DNA of 63,083 nt, filler included, from Octopus bimaculoides (GCF_001194135.2; 6 parts of 6 records of this genome joined end to end with filler, not necessarily neighbours in it), one strand, 5' to 3'. Shown: positions 1-14,887, numbered from the whole stretch's first letter. A program made the numbers and translations. The notes: generated from the letters alone by a model not told the origin.

Positions 1-499
1 ATATATATATATATATATAGTTCAAATAGGTTCGACAAACTACTAGAAACGCCATTTTGTATTATTGAACTATTTTTACTATCGACAATGTTAAATTCAA
101 AACTGCTCTAGTCTTTAAGCGTTCATATATAGTGTATATATGAGTTGTACATCGTGATAAAGCTTCGTTTCATGTTTTTCCCTTTTGCAGATACTTATGT
201 TTAGATATTTTAAAGTTTGTGACCAATATGACTTTTACAAAGAGGACAAATTGTTGGAGTATGGATGGCTGTAGCTTCAGTCAAAGAAACAGTTGAATAA
301 ATGCTTCAAGTATATATATGGCAAGTATATTATTGAATTCTTTTGGGCCTTTGGTTGTTCTCTACGGTAGAGTTAACGCCAAAGGCTATTTTGGTATTTT
401 GGCTGACTATACGTAACTTATAGTACAAATATTGTTGCCTAATTATAGTGCTATCTTCCAGGACAATAATACACTGATTCACAGGGTGAATTATGAGCA

Positions 500-809
500 C
501 AAAAGGGAAGTAGACCACTTGAATTGTACCTGCCCCCAATTAGAAAAAACTGGACATTTATAATGTATTTTGGGGCAGTGAATGAGAGGCAGCTGCTTTC
601 CGCCAACATAAGTTGACCCTACTAAAGCTGGGTCTGTTTTGTATTAATGAGGGTTTAACCCCAAATTCCCTTAACAACCGTTCAGTACCTGTAAGAGTCG
701 ATTCCTCGGCGTATTAAAGCCGTGATTGATTCTAAAGGTAGATAAACTCCGAATTGAATAACAAACGTTATATTTAATCAAGTGTTTCTATTATTTTGTC
801 CAATCCCTG
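500..809 (+). mobile_element. Tc1-like transposon 3' remnant with right TIR
   Basis: Translation TVQYL*ESIPRRIKAVIDSKG (Tc1 C-terminal motif S.PRR..AVI..KG). It ends in ...ttgtccaatccctg followed by TA. The left boundary is approximate. Confidence 0.65.
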
Positions 810-848
810 TATATAATTATTTTTATTCAAACTGAAATTGAGAGTTTG

Positions 849-892
849 GTGCACGACTCGAGTTTCACGACACTGCAATCTTCAGGCGACAC
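849..892 (-). ncRNA. Candidate minimal type I hammerhead ribozyme (family with ACTCGAGT stem III)
   Basis: Minus strand gtgtcgc-CTGAAGA-ttgcagtgtcgt-GAAA-CTCGAG-TC-gtgcac. The core is intact, stem III is palindromic and stem I is bulged. Stem II pairing is poor. Confidence 0.4.
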
Positions 893-1110
893 ACACACAG
901 GCACAGACAGACAGACAGACAGACACACACAAACACACACACACACAAATACATAGATAGGTAGATATATAGGTAGGTAGATAGGTAGGTAGTTAGGTAG
1001 ATAGATAGACAAGCAGACAGATAGATATATAGATATAGATACAGATATATATNNNNNNNNNNNNNNNNNNNNNNNNNNNTACATACACATATATATATAT
1101 ATAGATACAG

Positions 1111-1171
<61 letters not shown>

Positions 1172-1649
1172 CGTGTGTGTGTGTAAAGGATTAAAAAGTA
1201 ATAAAATAGTTCTGCGTATTTATTTACCGAAGATATCAAATTATTGTTTACTTATAGGAAGGGTAGTGTCACTTCTGGACTTGTTCAGTGATCAGCAACT
1301 TTCTTTCTGCATTCAAATACGATACATTAAACATAACACTTCAAAGACGACATATAGTATTTGAGGTACAAATCTGGGTACCCAAAATAGCATTAGTGAC
1401 ATTTGGGTGTAGTAATGGGTAGCGATTTCAGTTTATCAGAATATTTCATGAATGTAGCTAAGAAATTTGGTAAAGGAATCAATTCTCCGTTTAGATTATT
1501 TGTGATGAAAAATGAAGATTAATTTGAGATTTAAAATAAAATTGAACTACCTGGATTGAAAATCCGCTCTCAAGCTTAGTATCCTTAATTTAAGTAACAT
1601 TTCTTACTTGATCCAATCTATCCACCCATCCGTCTTCCCCTCCTACTAT

Positions 1650-1900
1650 TCCTGGGAGAGACATGCGGGTAGAATCCTCAGAGACCTTCTCCATAGGGTC
1701 CTATCAGAAGCAACCACCATTAGACTTCCTAACTAGAAATGATGCTTGAGGCTATGGATGTTGTCCAACCATCTCGTTCTCTAGATGCTACCGGTTGGCT
1801 CAGCTTGAAGAATCTCTTTTGTACTACTTTCCTGCGACATTCCGTAGTACTGGAGCGGTGACCTTCCAATGTGGAGAAGTAACGGCTCGGCCTGTTGAGA
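1650..1900 (-). mobile_element. RTE-like LINE 3' remnant
   Basis: Homologous to 3490-3720 (ccaaccatctc...ggttggctcagctt...ttcctgcgacattc) and to 5610-5700 (gtagaatcctcag). Confidence 0.55.
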
Positions 1901-2008
1901 CCCGCTTTTCTACGAGTTACGACAGAGAATACTTTTGTTATTCATTAAGACATACGTGTGTGTGTGTGTGTGTGTCTGCGCGCACACCTACTCACACGCG
2001 CGCACACA

Positions 2009-2086
<78 letters not shown>

Positions 2087-2927
2087 NNNNNNNNNNNNNN
2101 NNNNNNNNNNNNNNNNNNNNNNNNNNNNNNNNNNNNNNNNNNNNNNNNNNNNNNNNNNNNNNNNNNNNNNNNNNNNNNNNNNNNNNNNNNNNNNNNNNNN
2201 NNNNNNNNNNNNNNNNNNNNNNNNNNNNNNNNNNNNNNNNNNNNNNNNNNNNNNNNNNNNNNNNNNNNNNNNNNNNNNNNNNNNNNNNNNNNNNNNNNNN
2301 NNNNNNNNNNNNNNNNNNNNNNNNNNNNNNNNNNNNNNNNNNNNNNNNNNNNNNNNNNNNNNNNNNNNNNNNNNNNNNNNNNNNNNNNNNNNNNNNNNNN
2401 NNNNNNNNNNNNNNNNNNNNNNNNNNNNNNNNNNNNNNNNNNNNNNNNNNNNNNNNNNNNNNNNNNNNNNNNNNNNNNNNNNNNNNNNNNNNNNNNNNNN
2501 NNNNNNNNNNNNNNNNNNNNNNNNNNNNNNNNNNNNNNNNNNNNNNNNNNNNNNNNNNNNNNNNNNNNNNNNNNNNNNNNNNNNNNNNNNNNNNNNNNNN
2601 NNNNNNNNNNNNNNNNNNNNNNNNNNNNNNNNNNNNNNNNNNNNNNNNNNNNNNNNNNNNNNNNNNNNNNNNNNNNNNNNNNNNNNNNNNNNNNNNNNNN
2701 NNNNNNNNNNNNNNNNNNNNNNNNNNNNNNNNNAGGATGTTAAGATGGCGAACTATGTTAGAGAGTGAAGAGAAGATTCTCGCCGCAGATAAACGGAGAA
2801 CTGTGAGACTGGGTTGTCGAGGTGGATGAGAAGATGATGCATGTGTTTTAGTTGTTGAATGGAGGATGTTGTTGAAGAAAAAGGAATGGATGGAGAAAGA
2901 ATGTGGTGGAGTGAAAACGAAAAGTTG

Positions 2928-2964
<37 letters not shown>

Positions 2965-3119
2965 GGTAAAGAAGAAAGGAAAGAGAAACGGGATGAGGAT
3001 TGAAGATGGTAGGAGGAAGAGGAAGAGGAGAGGAGAGGAGATGGAGGGGAAGGAGGGTGATAGCGGGAAAGGAAAAGTATATGAAGAAAACGACGGTCAT
3101 GGTGGTGATGATGATGGCG

Positions 3120-3176
<57 letters not shown>

Positions 3177-3489
3177 GTGATGATGATGCAATGATTACGA
3201 GGTTGATGGTGGTGATGATGATGATGATGATGAAGACGATGTTGATTGGGAAAAGAAAATCGATGTTGATTAGGAAAAGAAAGAAAACTAGATAATTCGG
3301 AAAAGAAGAAAAAGAGGAAAGCTGCAATACACGTAAGATGCGATGATCATTAATCTCAGAGAGAGAGACAAACCTCCAAAATTAAAAAAAATTTTTTTTT
3401 TTAATTAACAAATCTAAATAAATAAATAAATGACAAAATGTGAGATTAAAGAAAGGGAAATGATGTAACTATAAGAATCTGCTCTACTC

Positions 3490-3720
3490 TAGGCACTGCT
3501 GTAAACAACAGAAGTGAGCTAGAAGTTTAAAACTTTCAGGTTGGGTTCCTAGTAATGACCAATTGAAATTTTGGTGATTATCCAACCATCTCATACTTGG
3601 TCTACTCCTTAGGTCTTCTGCCAGTTGGCTCAGCTTGGGGAATCTGCCTTACGATTCTTTCCTGCGACATTCTAATCACACGTTGGTTGTATCGGAGATG
3701 TGATCTCTCAATGCAGAGAA
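3490..3720 (-). mobile_element. RTE-like LINE 3' remnant
   Basis: Minus translation VIRMSQERIVRQIPQAEPTGRRPK(fs)RPSMRWLD matches the RTE C-terminal RM..R....G.R..GRP..RW.D motif. Confidence 0.6.
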
Positions 3721-3913
3721 GTATATACAAGAAGTACGCATGGCGAAAGGCGTTCGTTCCAGTTGTAACTGACTCGTTTTACGTATTTTAGACGCAGTAT
3801 ATTCTTTGAATGCACTTTTCGGCATGTAAGATAGTGATCTGAACAAGAATTTTGGCTGCTATTTCAAGCAAGTGAGGGAACCACATGGAAACTCCGGAAA
3901 TTATGATTATGCC

Positions 3914-3953
<40 letters not shown>

Positions 3954-4995
3954 GTTGTGGTGTGATGGTGATGGTGGTGGTAGTGTTGTTGGAGCTGGTG
4001 TTGGCGGTGGTGTTGATGTTGGTGGTGGTGGTCGTGGTGGTGTTGGTGGTGTTGGTGATCATGACGAAGACTTCAACGACGACGACGACGATGATAAAGA
4101 GGATAATGTTGATGATGATGATGATGATGATGACGACGACGACGACGACGACGACGACGATGAAGATTGCAATGAGGTCACACAACAATCCACAATTCCA
4201 TCGTGTCTCACTGAAAATAATGGTACTCTATTTCTGCAATCATTTATGTATAGTTCCTGCAAAACTGTGCCCGTTTTATTTTTTCCCCCCTTTTGTTTAT
4301 CTGCTTTCTATTTGTTATTTTATTTTATTTATTACTTTATTTTTTTTTCTTGTCTTCAACTCTACGTCATTGCCTGAAATCAGATCTTCTGCAAGTGACG
4401 TTTTTTTGTATATAATACATATTCTAGGTGTTGGCTGGCCACAAGCTACTTCTGTGTGGTTATTGTTTATTAAAAGCCGCTACACAATTAAGTGTTAAAC
4501 ACGTTGACATATTAAAGTATTGCACATAGTTTAACAGAGCACAGTTTCAGTTTTAGCTCCTTCTTCTTCTTCTTCTTCTTCTTCTTCTTCTTCTTCTTCT
4601 TCTTCTTCTTCTTCTTCTTCTTCTTCTTCCCTTATGTGCCAATGACACGGCTACATAAAGTTTGAAGCTATGCACCAGCACAGACTTGGTTTCCTACAAA
4701 TAAGAAACAAGATAAGCAAAAACAAGATAAGAGAAAAAAAATGAAGCAGGAACAAAAACTACGCAAGTCCTACAACAACGACCACAACAAAAGATGAGTC
4801 ATAATCTTTGGAATGGTTTTTTTATTGTTGGTTTCTTCTTAAGTCAGTTCTTTATATTTTTCTTTGTGTATTTTCCAATATATCTCTTTAACTGTTCATT
4901 TTTGTTTTAGAACGAACACACAATGGAAATGTTCATGTAAGACGTACATTCTGACATAAACTTTATTTCGGGGTATACTGACATTGTATGATTTA

Positions 4996-5246
4996 TTGGG
5001 TTGGTGCATAATTATTACGGCTTGTTTTCAACAAATTTTATTCAACAAAAGCAATAACAACATGAAACAAAAACATTTTTAGATAATTATTCCGGAACAT
5101 ATTCACCATCTACTTCAATTACTGCTTCCCATTTGCTTGGCAGACGATCAGACCGTCATTTAAAGATGTTTTTGTTGAATATTGTTATTGTTTTTGTTGA
5201 ATAAAATTTGTTGAAAACAAGCCGCAATAATTATGCACCAAACCAA
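4996..5246 (-). mobile_element. Mariner-derived MITE (internal deletion derivative), 251 bp
   Basis: ~70-bp TIRs starting ttgggttggtgcataatt (mariner-type terminus), with TA on both flanks (4994-4995, 5247-5248). The interior encodes the mariner C-terminus DRLPSKWEAVIEVDGEYVPE* on the minus strand. Confidence 0.88.
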
Positions 5247-5789
5247 TACTAGGAAACATCTCTGAACAATAAATAGGTTTTCCTTTTAGAATTTCATTAC
5301 GAATGATGTTTCAATGATTCCTAAAAGCAAAGTTGATGTTGTTGCTCTGCCCAATGTCATCTCTGATGGAGCATGGCCGTCTGTTCTTATTCGTCAATGG
5401 CTTCCAAATTTTCTAATTCTTGGAAATGTTTCATAAATTTTTGCATGCCGTACAAAAGTAATATTAAAATTTGAAGATGAAAAATTCAACAATCCACTTA
5501 TAAATGTTTCTTTTTTAATTGAACCATAGAGAAAAGTATGGGTGAAAAATTTGAGCATAAAATATGAATGAAAAATTTGAATCGTTGTATAAAATCCATT
5601 TACTCACAATTCCTGGAAGAGTGGTTGCGGTAGAATCCTCAGGCATCTCCTCCATCAGGCCCAGTCAAAAGTAACTGTCATTACTGTTCCATGTTGGATG
5701 CCAGATGCAATCAATTGAGACTATGGATAATATGCAATCATCTTGTTCATGTTCTATTCTTGTGTCTTCTGGTGTTGTTGCTCGGTTTG

Positions 5790-5839
<50 letters not shown>

Positions 5840-7498
5840 NNNNNNNNNNNNNNNNNNNNNNNNNNNNNNNNNNNNNNNNNNNNNNNNNNNNNNNNNNNNN
5901 NNNNNNNNNNNNNNNNNNNNNNNNNNNNNNNNNNNNNNNNNNNNNNNNNNNNNNNNNNNNNNNNNNNNNNNNNNNNNNNNNNNNNNNNNNNNNNNNNNNN
6001 NNNNNNNNNNNNNNNNNNNNNNNNNNNNNNNNNNNNNNNNNNNNNNNNNNNNNNNNNNNNNNNNNNNNNNNNNNNNNNNNNNNNNNNNNNNNNNNNNNNN
6101 NNNNNNNNNNNNNNNNNNNNNNNNNNNNNNNNNNNNNNNNNNNNNNNNNNNNNNNNNNNNNNNNNNNNNNNNNNNNNNNNNNNNNNNNNNNNNNNNNNNN
6201 NNNNNNNNNNNNNNNNNNNNNNNNNNNNNNNNNNNNNNNNNNNNNNNNNNNNNNNNNNNNNNNNNNNNNNNNNNNNNNNNNNNATATATATATTTGTGTG
6301 TGTGTGTGTGTGTACTCACACACGCACGCACACATGCACATATGTATATAATTGGATGTGTGTATATAAAGTCTTACCCCAAACGGTAAAACAATTCAAA
6401 ACCCTGAATACGATTACGACCTGGGCGTAGCCATTTCTATACAGATGCATCTTACTCTAAACACATTGATAGACTCTGTCAAGTATATGCCAACAGCTCG
6501 GTCGGGGTAACTGATAACTAACTGTAATATTAACGCTTTGGAAATTTAATCTTGGAAGAAAGCTAGGCGAGTGTTCCCAACTTCGGACTCCGTGTTGCGT
6601 GGATATTACCTGGCGGTTGGAAATATATGGATCTGTTTTGAAACAAGTAGAAACAGCAGCTAAATTTCACTCAATATACATCTCAAAAAGAGTAGAAAAT
6701 ATCCTTAGAAGCAGGGCCGGCTCAGGAGGAAGGAAAAAAGGAAGGAAGGAAGGACGAAGCGGTAACGGGTGCTAGTTGGGGCAACTTTTGACCGTGTAGG
6801 CCTGCTCGATCAGGTGTGATCTGGGGCCATGCATTATCATGATGATGATGATCATCATCATCGTCATCATCATCATGATGAACAACAGCAACAACTACAA
6901 CAACAACGTTTGCGACAAGTAAGACATTTCGGAGAGCTGAGTAGCTTTTACTGACCCGGCACTCCTATATCTTATACGTCTGGTGCCCTAGCTTGAGTTG
7001 GGTCGATCCACTACTCAGGAAGAGACTATTCTAGAGTGCGATCTGCTTTATCTTCGAAACGTCTAGTTAGAATAGAGGCAGCTGATGAAGGAATAATTCC
7101 AAGTGGCTATCTGTTTTCCTATGTGTTCGTTCCGTTGTCTATAGTTCATTTTTCTAACGCCCTGTACCCTGATATGCATCTATATACACATGTAGATGTA
7201 AGTATGTACATATATGTGTGTATACATGCATATATATTCTTTGTATTATATATATACACACACATATATATATCGATATTGTACACCAAGAAATACTCTG
7301 TAGAATATTGTTACCATCGCCATCTCAAGTGAGNNNNNNNNNNNNNNNNNNNNNNNNNNNNNNNNNNNNNNNNNNNNNNNNNNNNNNNNNNNNNNNNNNN
7401 NNNNNNNNNNNNNNNNNNNNNNNNNNNNNNNNNNNNNNNNNNNNNNNNNNNNNNNNNNNNNNNNNNNNNNNNNNNNNNNNNNNNNNNNNNNNNNNNNN

Positions 7499-7548
<50 letters not shown>

Positions 7549-8005
7549 TGCAAGCATACATACAAAAAATTCAGATATTATATATATACACACACATATA
7601 TATATCGATATTGTACACCAAGAAATACTCTGTAGAATATTGTTACCATCGCCATCTCAAGTGAGATATGTTTGTTAGCGATAAACTATTGCAAACTTTC
7701 CAGTTTATGCTGTAAATAATGATTATAATGTCTCGGATATTTAATAGCGATATCAGATATCAATTAAATTTTGCTTTTGCAGGCTGAAATAAACATTTAA
7801 TTTTATAGTGATGAAAAGTTCTATTATCACCAGTTGAAATTCGCTTGATAATTCACGATTTCTGCAGAAAAGTATTTTTCAAATCTCAGACTGATAGTAT
7901 TTAATTTTCGTTTTCTGCGAAAATGAGACGAAACTCTCTTGTTTAATATCACAATTTACGTAATTAAAATTTCAATGTATGTACGTATGTACGTATGTAT
8001 GTATG

Positions 8006-8039
<34 letters not shown>

Positions 8040-10213
8040 CATATGTATGTATATATGTAGGTATGTATGTATGTTCTTCCCTTTCTATTTTTAATTTAGT
8101 TTAAATTTTGACTGGCCACCTAAGTTGGAAGCGAAGTTGTGGAGGAAAGAATCTTGTTTTCTTCATCTTCCTTCGAAATCTTAAGAAGGTTTTACAGATT
8201 CTTATTGTTCTAAATATTTGATCATTTGAAGTGTATGAATCAAGGATTTGCGTTTTTCTTCTTAAGAAAAAACAAGCAGAACCATACTTTGCTTCAGACG
8301 AGTTGGTTTGTATCCTGTTGCTCCATTAATAATCGGTGTGGAGCCAAAAATGCATCTTGAGCAATGGATTTGCAAACTCCTTATTAATAGTGCATAGATG
8401 TCCGCTTTTGTAGTTTTCTAACCTTGGTATATCAAAACACAAACAGTACCTTAGGGTGGGTGATGGGTCTCTGTATGTTTTTTCTTGGTATTATGGCTAA
8501 AATATGCAATGCGATACACCATTTCGTAGTACTGGTGTATTCTAAAAAAAGAAAAAGACGCAGTCATTGATTCATCATTCAGCCGCATAAGTGGAACGAT
8601 TAGAGGAGATCTTCACGGTCATTTTAAGACCAAAACCTACTTCCTAACTTCATTCCTTGCCGAGATAACGGAATAATGGATGCAGGGAACATGAGGTCTT
8701 CCAGCAGGGAGCATGATGTCTTCCTTAGCTGCTCAACTGAGAGAAGGTAACTTCAGAGAAATCCTTCATCTTGATAACCACTAGGCTCGTAGTACAAGTT
8801 GCACCAGACAAGTGCAAATTCGAAAGACGAAAGAGTGGGACTGGCTCTGCACAACCATGCCCGATATCAATAAGGTCCTGCTGCCTAGCGGGAGAATTTA
8901 TAAAGCGCTTAAAAAAGGGGGAAGGGATTATAGACGGGCAAAAGGGATCTTACGGCAGATATGGACGGTTATACTTAACCCATATCTGGCATCTATAGAT
9001 GCTGTGAACGTACTGACTGGGCTTTCTTTCACGGTGTATCCATGAGTGGAAAGGCTTTAAGTGTACATGGAGCTTCTGGAAACCGCGAAGGCACATTGGA
9101 AGTGATTAAGCTACTGCCTTGGCCATCGACGAAAAAGGACAACCAAACATTCAAAAGCGTTCTAGCAATGAAATGCCGTCTTTTTTTTTTTTACCCGATT
9201 GTTTCTTTTTTTTTTTTTTCCTTATAACAAGACAGCAGTATATAGCTTGAGGGGAGTTAACTACTACTATTTGCAGATAGGAGCAACCACAAAAAGGGTG
9301 CTCCGGTACACAAGTTTATAGGAAGTGCTGTGAGTATTGCTGAAGTGGAAACGACGGTGGCAATGATGGTGGTGGTGGTGGTGAATGTGATAATGGTAGC
9401 GGTGGTGGTGGTGGTGGTGGTGGTGGTGATGGTAAATGTGATAGTTGTGGTGGTGGTGAATGTAATAGTTGTGGTGGTGGTCGTGGTGGTGACACTGACG
9501 GTGATGCTGGTAGTGCTCGTGGTGACGACGATGGTGGTGATGGTACTAGTGGTAGTGAGGGTGTGTGGTGGCGGTTGTGGTGTTAACAATTACTATACAG
9601 TGGGCGGAACATTGATATGAATTTAAATATTTACTGAGGAGTGTAACGCTGGATTGCTATATTGTACTCCATAACAGTCCTTGTTGAGCTATAAGATAGA
9701 CATGTAACAAACAAGAAAATGGTTCCCACCTTGACCATCCCGTCTAACAAGAACTTCATTATTTCCAACGCATTCCCCTCATTTTTTAACAAAGCATTCT
9801 GTAACTTGAGAATGATTTAGCTACTATTTCTTGCAGGGTGATATTAGCGACCATGTCAGGGTCTCTCTTTGACTCATGATTTGGTTTATAAAACTGCAGG
9901 GGCGGATACAAGGGTACGGTTACATGTAAAGAGGAAGGCGTGATCAGCAGGGGGTAGTGATGACGGAGCAGAACATGTGTAAATATATGCAAGTTAATTT
10001 GCTGATTGACGCCAGTAACCCTGTAGGGGCTTCAGCCTCAGGTTGGCCCCAGGGGAAACACACTTGCTTTTTTTTTTACTTCTGACCCCTCTCCGTGTTA
10101 ATAAGATGTAGAGGATGAAGTAACAATGATGAATGTATGTGTACGTGTGTATATATATACACACACACACATATATATATACATACATACATGCATACAT
10201 ACATACATGTATG

Positions 10214-10268
<55 letters not shown>

Positions 10269-10360
10269 GTGAATTTCTTCGTATATAAGCTGAGATATAC
10301 TCACCATGTCACATAGTATGATACATATATGTATACACATATATACACACACATGCACTC

Positions 10361-10392
<32 letters not shown>

Positions 10393-10915
10393 GTATGTAT
10401 GTATGTATGTATGATGCATGGGTGTGTGAGCGTGGGTGTGCGCCTGTCTTATATGTGGGTGTGTGTGCGTGTACGTGTGTGATGTGAGTGTGCATACATT
10501 TCTTTATGCCGGCATGTAAATATATATCCATATAAAAGACACATAAGATGAATATTTGAATTGCATTAGTACAAACATTTATAACAGTGTTTATACGCTC
10601 GCATACACTCGTACACACACAAATACACACGCACGCACATACATACCCCCCCCACACACACATATATATATATATATATACATATATGGGAGTGAGTGTG
10701 TGTGCATGTACGATTAATGTAGTGAACCAGCAACTTGGAATGTATATTGTATATACGTATATACACGGACACACTGAGACATGAGAAACACCCACACGCT
10801 CCATACATACATATATACATATACATATATATATGTATATGTATGTATATATATATAAATACATATATATATGTATATACATAGATAGAGAAAGAGAGAA
10901 AGATATACATGCATT

Positions 10916-10972
<57 letters not shown>

Positions 10973-12208
10973 ATAAATGTATACATACACATACATATGT
11001 GCATATTATGTGCGTGTGAGAGTGCGAGTGTGTGCAGAAAATGCTAAAAATATCCCACACAAGTTGGGGGATATGGGGAAAAAATAATATAAAGAAGAAA
11101 ACGCGCTCGTCCTTTTACATCGCTGTTAATTAATTCTAAAGTATATTATTTCAGTCAAATTATTTTGATTGAAATAATTTAATATATATTAAAAACAGAT
11201 TTTTTCAATCAAATTATTTCAAAGTATGCTATTTGCATATTTAAATATCGTATCATATCCAATATACTGTCTTACAATTAAATCATTTCAAGAATACGTA
11301 TTCCAATGAACATTTTTGCATTCTAATCGCTTCGGAATACATTATTAAACACACTAAAGTACATAATTATTAAAAAAATAACAATAATAATTGAATATTT
11401 CAACGAGCATAATTACAAACCGGTTTCTCTTCTTACGGCAGATATTCATTGCAATACACGTGTGCAATGCACACACACACATACATGCGTTTGTTCGCGT
11501 GTATATATTTGTGTTTGTATGTTTGTATGTGCACGCGCATGTCTTTGTCCTCCACATTGTGTCAACCACTTAAGGTTTGTTTCTGTCTTCGTAACTTTGC
11601 AGTTCGGCAAAAGATAATAAATGCTGTGGTCAATTTGTTCAACTAGACTTTACAAGGTAACGCTCCAGCATGGCCACAGTCCAACAATCAAAAGATCGAA
11701 AGAGATAAATTAAAAGAATATGTGTGACGTCCTCTGGTTGTAGCCGTAAATATAAGGGAGGTAATTATCTCCGCATTATACGAGACAGGATTGGAAATTT
11801 AAATTTGAAATTAAGGAATACGAGGATCAAGATTTATATGAACCACATATTTTTATCTATTAAAATATTAACTCTCGACATAGGATGGAAAGCTAATGCA
11901 CTGCACCAACCTAGCTATTTATTTTATACAACCATTACGGCACTTAAGGAATGTATCTATTATCCCGTTTCTAATTGGAACTGTACACAACTACTCGTGT
12001 AAAGAAATTTTCTGATTACCTATAAGGTTAGACGTAGTCATATTCGACACAATAGTGATTGTGGAATCTGTAAGTATTGTTTGGGCTAATCTCAAACATC
12101 AATTGTTAGCCTTGGAGGAATTTATTTATGCGTGTTTTATAAAATCCACCCAATTCTTTCCCAGCAAACAATGCTCTTGTTGTATTTCTCAAACTATGAA
12201 TAATAATG

Positions 12209-12271
<63 letters not shown>

Positions 12272-12274
12272 GTA

Positions 12275-12309
<35 letters not shown>

Positions 12310-12446
12310 AATAAATGAATAAGTAGCTTCTTCACCTCCCTGGTTCATTGTCTTTTCTTTTCCTTTCATCTATCTTCTGTGTCCGTCTCTCCCAGTCTCC
12401 CCTCTACCTCTCTCTCTTTCTCTCTCTCTCTCNNNNNNNNNNTCTT

Positions 12447-12499
<53 letters not shown>

Positions 12500-13655
12500 T
12501 CTATTAACTGTTTTCTATTTTATTTTTATTAATATTTTTTATTATATTTATATTAATTCATTTTATTTTTATTTTTATTTATTCATTTAATTTTTGAAAA
12601 TTATTTTTTTATTTATTATTATTTTTTTTTAGTTATTTAAATTTTTATTATTTTATTTATCTTCATNNNNNNNNNNNNNNNNNNNNNNNNNNNNNNNNNN
12701 NNNNNNNNNNNNNNNNNNNNNNNNNNNNNNNNNNNNNNNNNNNNNNNNNNNNNNNNNNNNNNNNNNNNNNNNNNNNNNNNNNNNNNNNNNNNNNNNNNNN
12801 NNNNNNNNNNNNNNNNNNNNNNNNNNNNNNNNNNNNNNNNNNNNNNNNNNNNNNNNNNNNNNNNNNNNNNNNNNNNNNNNNNNNNNNNNNNNNNNNNNNN
12901 NNNNNNNNNNNNNNNNNNNNNNNNNNNNNNNNNNNNNNNNNNNNNNNNNNNNNNNNNNNNNNNNNNNNNNNNNNNNNNNNNNNNNNNNNNNNNNNNNNNN
13001 NNNNNNNNNNNNNNNNNNNNNNNNNNNNNNNNNNNNNNNNNNNNNNNNNNNNNNNNNNNNNNNNNNNNNNNNNNNNNNNNNNNNNNNNNNNNNNNNNNNN
13101 NNNNNNNNNNNNNNNNNNNNNNNNNNNNNNNNNNNNNNNNNNNNNNNNNNNNNNNNNNNNNNNNNNNNNNNNNNNNNNNNNNNNNNNNNNNNNNNNNNNN
13201 NNNNNNNNNNNNNNNNNNNNNNNNNNNNNNNNNNNNNNNNNNNNNNNNNNNNNNNNNNNNNNNNNNNNNNNNNNNNNNNNNNNNNNNNNNNNNNNNNNNN
13301 NNNNNNNNNNNNNNNNNNNNNNNNNNNNNNNNNNNNNNNNNNNNNNNNNNNNNNNNNNNNNNNNNNNNNNNNNNNNNNNNNNNNNNNNNNNNNNNNNNNN
13401 NNNNNNNNNNNNNNNNNNNNNNNNNNNNNNNNNNNNNNNNNNNNNNNNNNNNNNNNNNNNNNNNNNNNNNNNNNNNNNNNNNNNNNNNNNNNNNNNNNNN
13501 NNNNNNNNNNNNNNNNNNNNNNNNNNNNNNNNNNNNNNNNNNNNNNNNNNNNNNNNNNNNNNNNNNNNNNNNNNNNNNNNNNNNNNNNNNNNNNNNNNNN
13601 NNNNNNNNNNNNNNNNNNNNNNNNNNNNNNNNNNNNNNNNNNNNNNNNNNNNNNN

Positions 13656-13688
<33 letters not shown>

Positions 13689-14017
13689 ATAGAGAGAGAG
13701 TTTGGTCTGGCAGTGCTGCTGTAGAAGATTGACGTATCGGGCAGGAGACCAACGATTGTTTTTTGGACGTCATGCGTGTTAACTATGAGGTTAGTTTGCC
13801 CCAGATTACGAAATCTCTCGTCAGTTCCAATAAGCGGGAGCTACACAAGATAAGAATGAAGTGTGTGACGGTATATCTGAAAGTACACCAAGATGATGAA
13901 AGAGAGGAAGAGAGAGCGAGAGAGAGAGAGGGGGGGAAAGAGTAAAGTAACATGACGAACGAAAAGGTTAGCTAATATCGTTTAGATATATTTATTGTTT
14001 TATCATTATTATTATTA

Positions 14018-14108
<91 letters not shown>

Positions 14109-14125
14109 CATCATTATTATTATCA

Positions 14126-14159
<34 letters not shown>

Positions 14160-14315
14160 CATCATTANNNNNNNNNNNNNNNNNNNNNNNNNNNNNNNNN
14201 NNNNNNNNNNNNNNNNNNNNNNNNNNNNNNNNNNNNNNNNNNNNNNNNNNNNNNNNNNNNNNNNNNNNNNNNNNNNNNNNNNNNNNNNNNNNNNNNNNNN
14301 NNNNNNNNNNNNNNN

Positions 14316-14363
<48 letters not shown>

Positions 14364-14759
14364 TTCATTGTTGTCATTATTATTAGTGGCGTTAGTATTA
14401 ACATTAGTGTTTGAGAATTGGTCGCTTCGGGAAAATTAGAGCGAACTGAGATCGGTGGAACTTTGGCGATGGAAGCCCGAGAAGGAATAAAAAAAAAAGA
14501 GGGAGAAAAACGGAGTAGAAAAGATAGAGAACAACATTCTAGAGTCAAGACGTAAAGATAGAGATCTGACAAGAACATTGTGTCAGTCAGTCAGCTTGTC
14601 AGACAGACGGACATGTTTATCAGTCTGTCTGTCTGTTTGTCTCTCAGTCACTCAGAACATGATTTCTTGGGGCGGTTTGGAATTTTTTTTTTTTCCACCA
14701 CTATTCTGTGTGTATGCGTATGTGTATGTACTGAAATGAAACCTCTGTGTGTGTGTGCA

Positions 14760-14882
<123 letters not shown>

Positions 14883-14887
14883 CTTCT

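Noticed and set aside
2993-4498. Poly-D/H/V/T ORFs (also 9257-9620 and 37414-37884)
   Set aside because: Translations of (GAT)/(GGT)/(GTA) microsatellites, open in several frames, with no non-repetitive domain.
7050-7105. GAAACGTC preceding CTGATGA-AGGAATAATTCC (type II hammerhead order)
   Set aside because: The intervening sequence does not form stem I and stem II cannot close properly.
7250-7665. ~85-bp identical repeat on both sides of a gap
   Set aside because: Same assembly-overlap artefact.
8771-9045. Short ORFs with RIYKALKKGGRDY, like RLY..RK.GGRG of RLE LINEs
   Set aside because: A single weak motif with no supporting neighbours.
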